From: a bacterium
Lineage (GTDB): Bacteria > SAR324 > NAC60-12
NCBI GenBank assembly: GCA_965233585.1
Contig: CBDDTI010000627.1
Span: 1 to 12,431, forward strand
Direction: 5' to 3'
DNA length: 12,431 nucleotides
Shown here: positions 9,700 through 12,431 of the stretch, piece after piece
Layout: every line of letters begins with the position of its first letter
Numbering within the stretch: the first letter of the stretch is position 1
Position numbers and translations under genes: made by a program
The notes under the pieces: model-generated
Seen by the model: only the letters and a program-made list of their open reading frames with translations
Databases searched by the model: none
What the model was told of the DNA's origin: nothing

Positions 9700-10912
9700 G
9701 AACAAGGGAACCACCACTACGAAAAGGGTTTATACAACCTGGTCGCATATTGCGTTATCGGGGATAGGAATATTTTTGCTATACAGTGGAATGTGTGAGT
9801 CAGTGCATTGGTGAATAACCGTGAAAGGTATACTGGAAAAAGCGTTACATGTAATAACGTTACTTGTTTTCTTTCCTACATGCAAGAAAGGTATCCTAAA
9901 TGAGCGTTGTTCATTAATCGTGCGAGCGTTTATGGCCGGATTGATCACACCGTTTGCCAAACAACTACCCAAAGGCTCTAGAAAAAACTAAGGTTCAAAT
10001 TTAATCATGAATATCCTAAAAAACCGGAATGAGATGGACATAATCTATTCCATTTAAAGACAAAGGCAGCAACCAGAAGGTACTGCGATTAATAACGCAA
10101 AATAAGATGCACCGCGCCTGTACGTCAGGCGTAACTCAGGACCGCTCATATAGTTCACTTTCGCGTGCATCTCATGAAAATCTTAAGAAATCGCTTTTGT
10201 ATGGTTGGCCTGCCATTTTATCTATGTTTTATTTAAATTGTTGCCTTTGAGAGGACTTTTCAGACTTTTATTTAGTCTAGGTGTCTATGGAGGAATTCTT
10301 AGGAAGGGTTTGGTTAAGATGTAAAAGGTGGCGGTTGAATAAAAGCTAACGCCCCTTTTCTTCTTAAAAAAATTACATAAGACATAAGTTGTTAGTGTTA
10401 CTCACTAAGGGCTACACTAAGAAACCGTCTCCTTTTTTGTGGGTTTAGTGTTATTTTTAAGTAACTTTATTTTATCAGTCTTGGCTATCTGAATTTTTTC
10501 GAGAGGCTTAAAAAGCGCGGTCGTTTAGCTCGACGCACGCTTGCACTAGTATACTACATTGTACGGCACTACGCTACACTACGCAATTTTAAAATTTAAA
10601 TGACTTTAGCAATTTTTTGACCGTTGCATTCTTAAAAACAATGAACAAATAGAGTATGTTTGTCCCCAAACGACTGCACAATCAAGTCGCAAATCTCATA
10701 TATTCACTTTTACCGAGAGTGGCTCTGTAACGGCAGATGTATGAGTACAGGGTTGATCGAAACTCGAATTACTGTTGAACAGACTGCTCACTTCAGGTTA
10801 CTGAGTGGAAAGAATCTATCAAACATAACTACCACGCCATTTCACAGGGAAATAGGACGTCATTATTTATGGCCATGAACTGAACATTGTTACCACGCCC
10901 CCCTTGAAAAGC
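9700..10912. repeat. ~1.2-kb tandem duplication, copy 2
   Basis: Starts GAACAAGGGAACCACCACTACGAAAAGG and ends ...GGCCATGAACTGAACATTGTT...TTGAAAAGC, like copy 1. The copies are separated by a ~63-bp spacer beginning with C16 (9637-9652). Confidence 0.95.
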
Positions 10913-11383
10913 ACAACAATGAATGATTCGTAACATACAATGGTGGCGCGATCTTTTCAAAATCGTGTTATCTATAAAAGCCCAAAAATCACATTTCTCT
11001 AGCCGAGGCTTTAAGGGAATACCTCAAGGGTAAATGTATGGGGCTTCATGTACATTGCATTTATTGCTCCTCTTTTCCTCAAGGTATGTCTTGCCAGCAA
11101 TTTGGCATGAGAAAACGCAATCACATGTATTGCTACAAAGATTGTAGACTTTAACTTTACTTATATTGCACCTTGCTCTTTTGAAAATTTCTGAGCAGCA
11201 CAGGGAGTAATAAAATTAATTAAAATTTTAAAAGGTGTTTTTCGGCGTTAATGAACTACTTGGAAATTATCGTTCATTATTAATCAAATAAAGAAATGAA
11301 TAAAATGAGAAAAGTGCAGTTAAGGTTATCATAGTTTATCATGTGGATAACCCGATTTCCAAAGCCTTATTTTCAATAGCAAC

Positions 11384-12431
11384 GTAAGCAGAAGCGCAAG
11401 CGAAAGTGCAAGCATAAATGTAAAGACAAGCGCAAATACAAACGCAAACACATGCACAAGCGCACAAGCGCAAACACAAACGCACGCTTAAGCGCAAACA
11501 CAAACGCATGCACAAGCGCAAAAACACAAGCGCAAACACAGTTCAAACGCAAGCGCATGCACAAGCGCAAACACAAATGTATGCACAAGCACAAACGCAA
11601 ACGCATGCACAAGCGCAAACACAGTGCAAACACAAACGCATGCAAAAGCACAAACACAAACGCATGCACAAGCGCAAACACAGCGCATACACAAACGCAT
11701 GCAGAAGCGCAAACACAGCGCAAACACAATCGCATGCATAAGCGCAAACACAAACGCATGCACAAGGGCAAACACAGCGCAAACACAAATGTTTGCACAA
11801 GCACAAACGCAAACGCATGCAAAAGCGCAAACACAGTGCAAACACAAACGCATGCACAATCGCAAAAACAAGCACATGCACAAGTGCAAACACAGCGCAT
11901 ACACAAACGCATCCACAAGCGAGAACACAGGGCAAACACAAACGCACGCACAAGCGTAAACACAGCGCAAACACAGACGTATGCACAAGCGCAAACACAA
12001 ATGTAGGCTCAAGTACAAACACAAACGCATGCACAAGCGCAAACACAGTGCAAACACAAACGCATTCACAAGCGCAAACACAGCGCAAACTCAGCGAAAA
12101 CTCAAACGCATGCACAAGCGCAAACACAGCGCATACACAAACGCATGCAGAAGCGCAAACAGAGCGCAAACACAAGCGCATGCACAAGCCCAAACACAAA
12201 CGCATGCAAAAGCGCAAACACAAACGCATGCACAAGCGCAAAAACAGCGCATACACAAACGCATGCAGAAGCGCAAACACAGCGCGAACACAAGCGCATG
12301 CACAAGCACAAACACAGCGCAAACACAAACGCATGCACAAGCACAAACACAAGGGCAAGCATAACACAAACACGAGTGCATGCACAAGCGCAAAAACAGC
12401 GCATACACAAACGCATGCAGAAGCGCAAACA
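11384..12431. repeat. Hexamer-based satellite (GCATGC/ACAAGC/GCAAAC/ACAAAC) with 24- and 35-bp higher-order units; runs off the window
   Basis: Recurring units GCATGC-ACAAGC-GCAAAC-ACAAAC (24 bp) and GCATGC-ACAAGC-GCAAAC-ACAGC-GCAAAC-ACAAAC (35 bp). It accounts for all overlapping ORFs at 11339-12428. Confidence 0.97.

Noticed and set aside
8437..10912. Hammerhead retrozyme, U1 snRNA, telomerase RNA or rRNA/NUMT identity for the tandem unit
   Set aside because: By eye I found no CTGANGA...GAAA core on either strand, no CTAACCCTAA template and no convincing rRNA motifs. Resemblance of the minus strand at 8437-8465 to the U1 3' end is short and lacks the rest of U1.
11339..12428. Overlapping ORFs on both strands (up to 280 aa; HKRKH, AQTQ and CLRLC repeats)
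   Set aside because: All arise from the hexamer satellite and have no domain content.

Overview
Non-coding, repeat-dense eukaryotic DNA with no intact protein-coding gene. The repeat types resemble those I recall from stony corals/anthozoans; that taxon call is an inference, not a database result. Nearly all long ORFs in the track are artefacts of low-complexity repeats. The only recognisable protein fragment (1743-2072) is the C-terminal restriction-like endonuclease (RLE) domain of a 5'-truncated non-LTR retrotransposon. It sits inside the (TAA)n tail of a minus-strand tRNA-derived SINE, which itself splits a TGTTG/TGCTA satellite, giving a three-level nested insertion. Other features: (1) a 1.15-kb TA-flanked Tc1/mariner(pogo)-type non-autonomous element; (2) several degenerate MITE-like elements; (3) a 600-bp copy of the satellite flanked by a ~205-bp direct duplication; (4) ten copies of a 15-bp core with variable short spacers, next to a (CT)n tract; (5) a ~1.26-kb tandem duplication of unknown function with shared hairpins and two compensatory base-pair changes; (6) a hexamer-based satellite running off the right edge.
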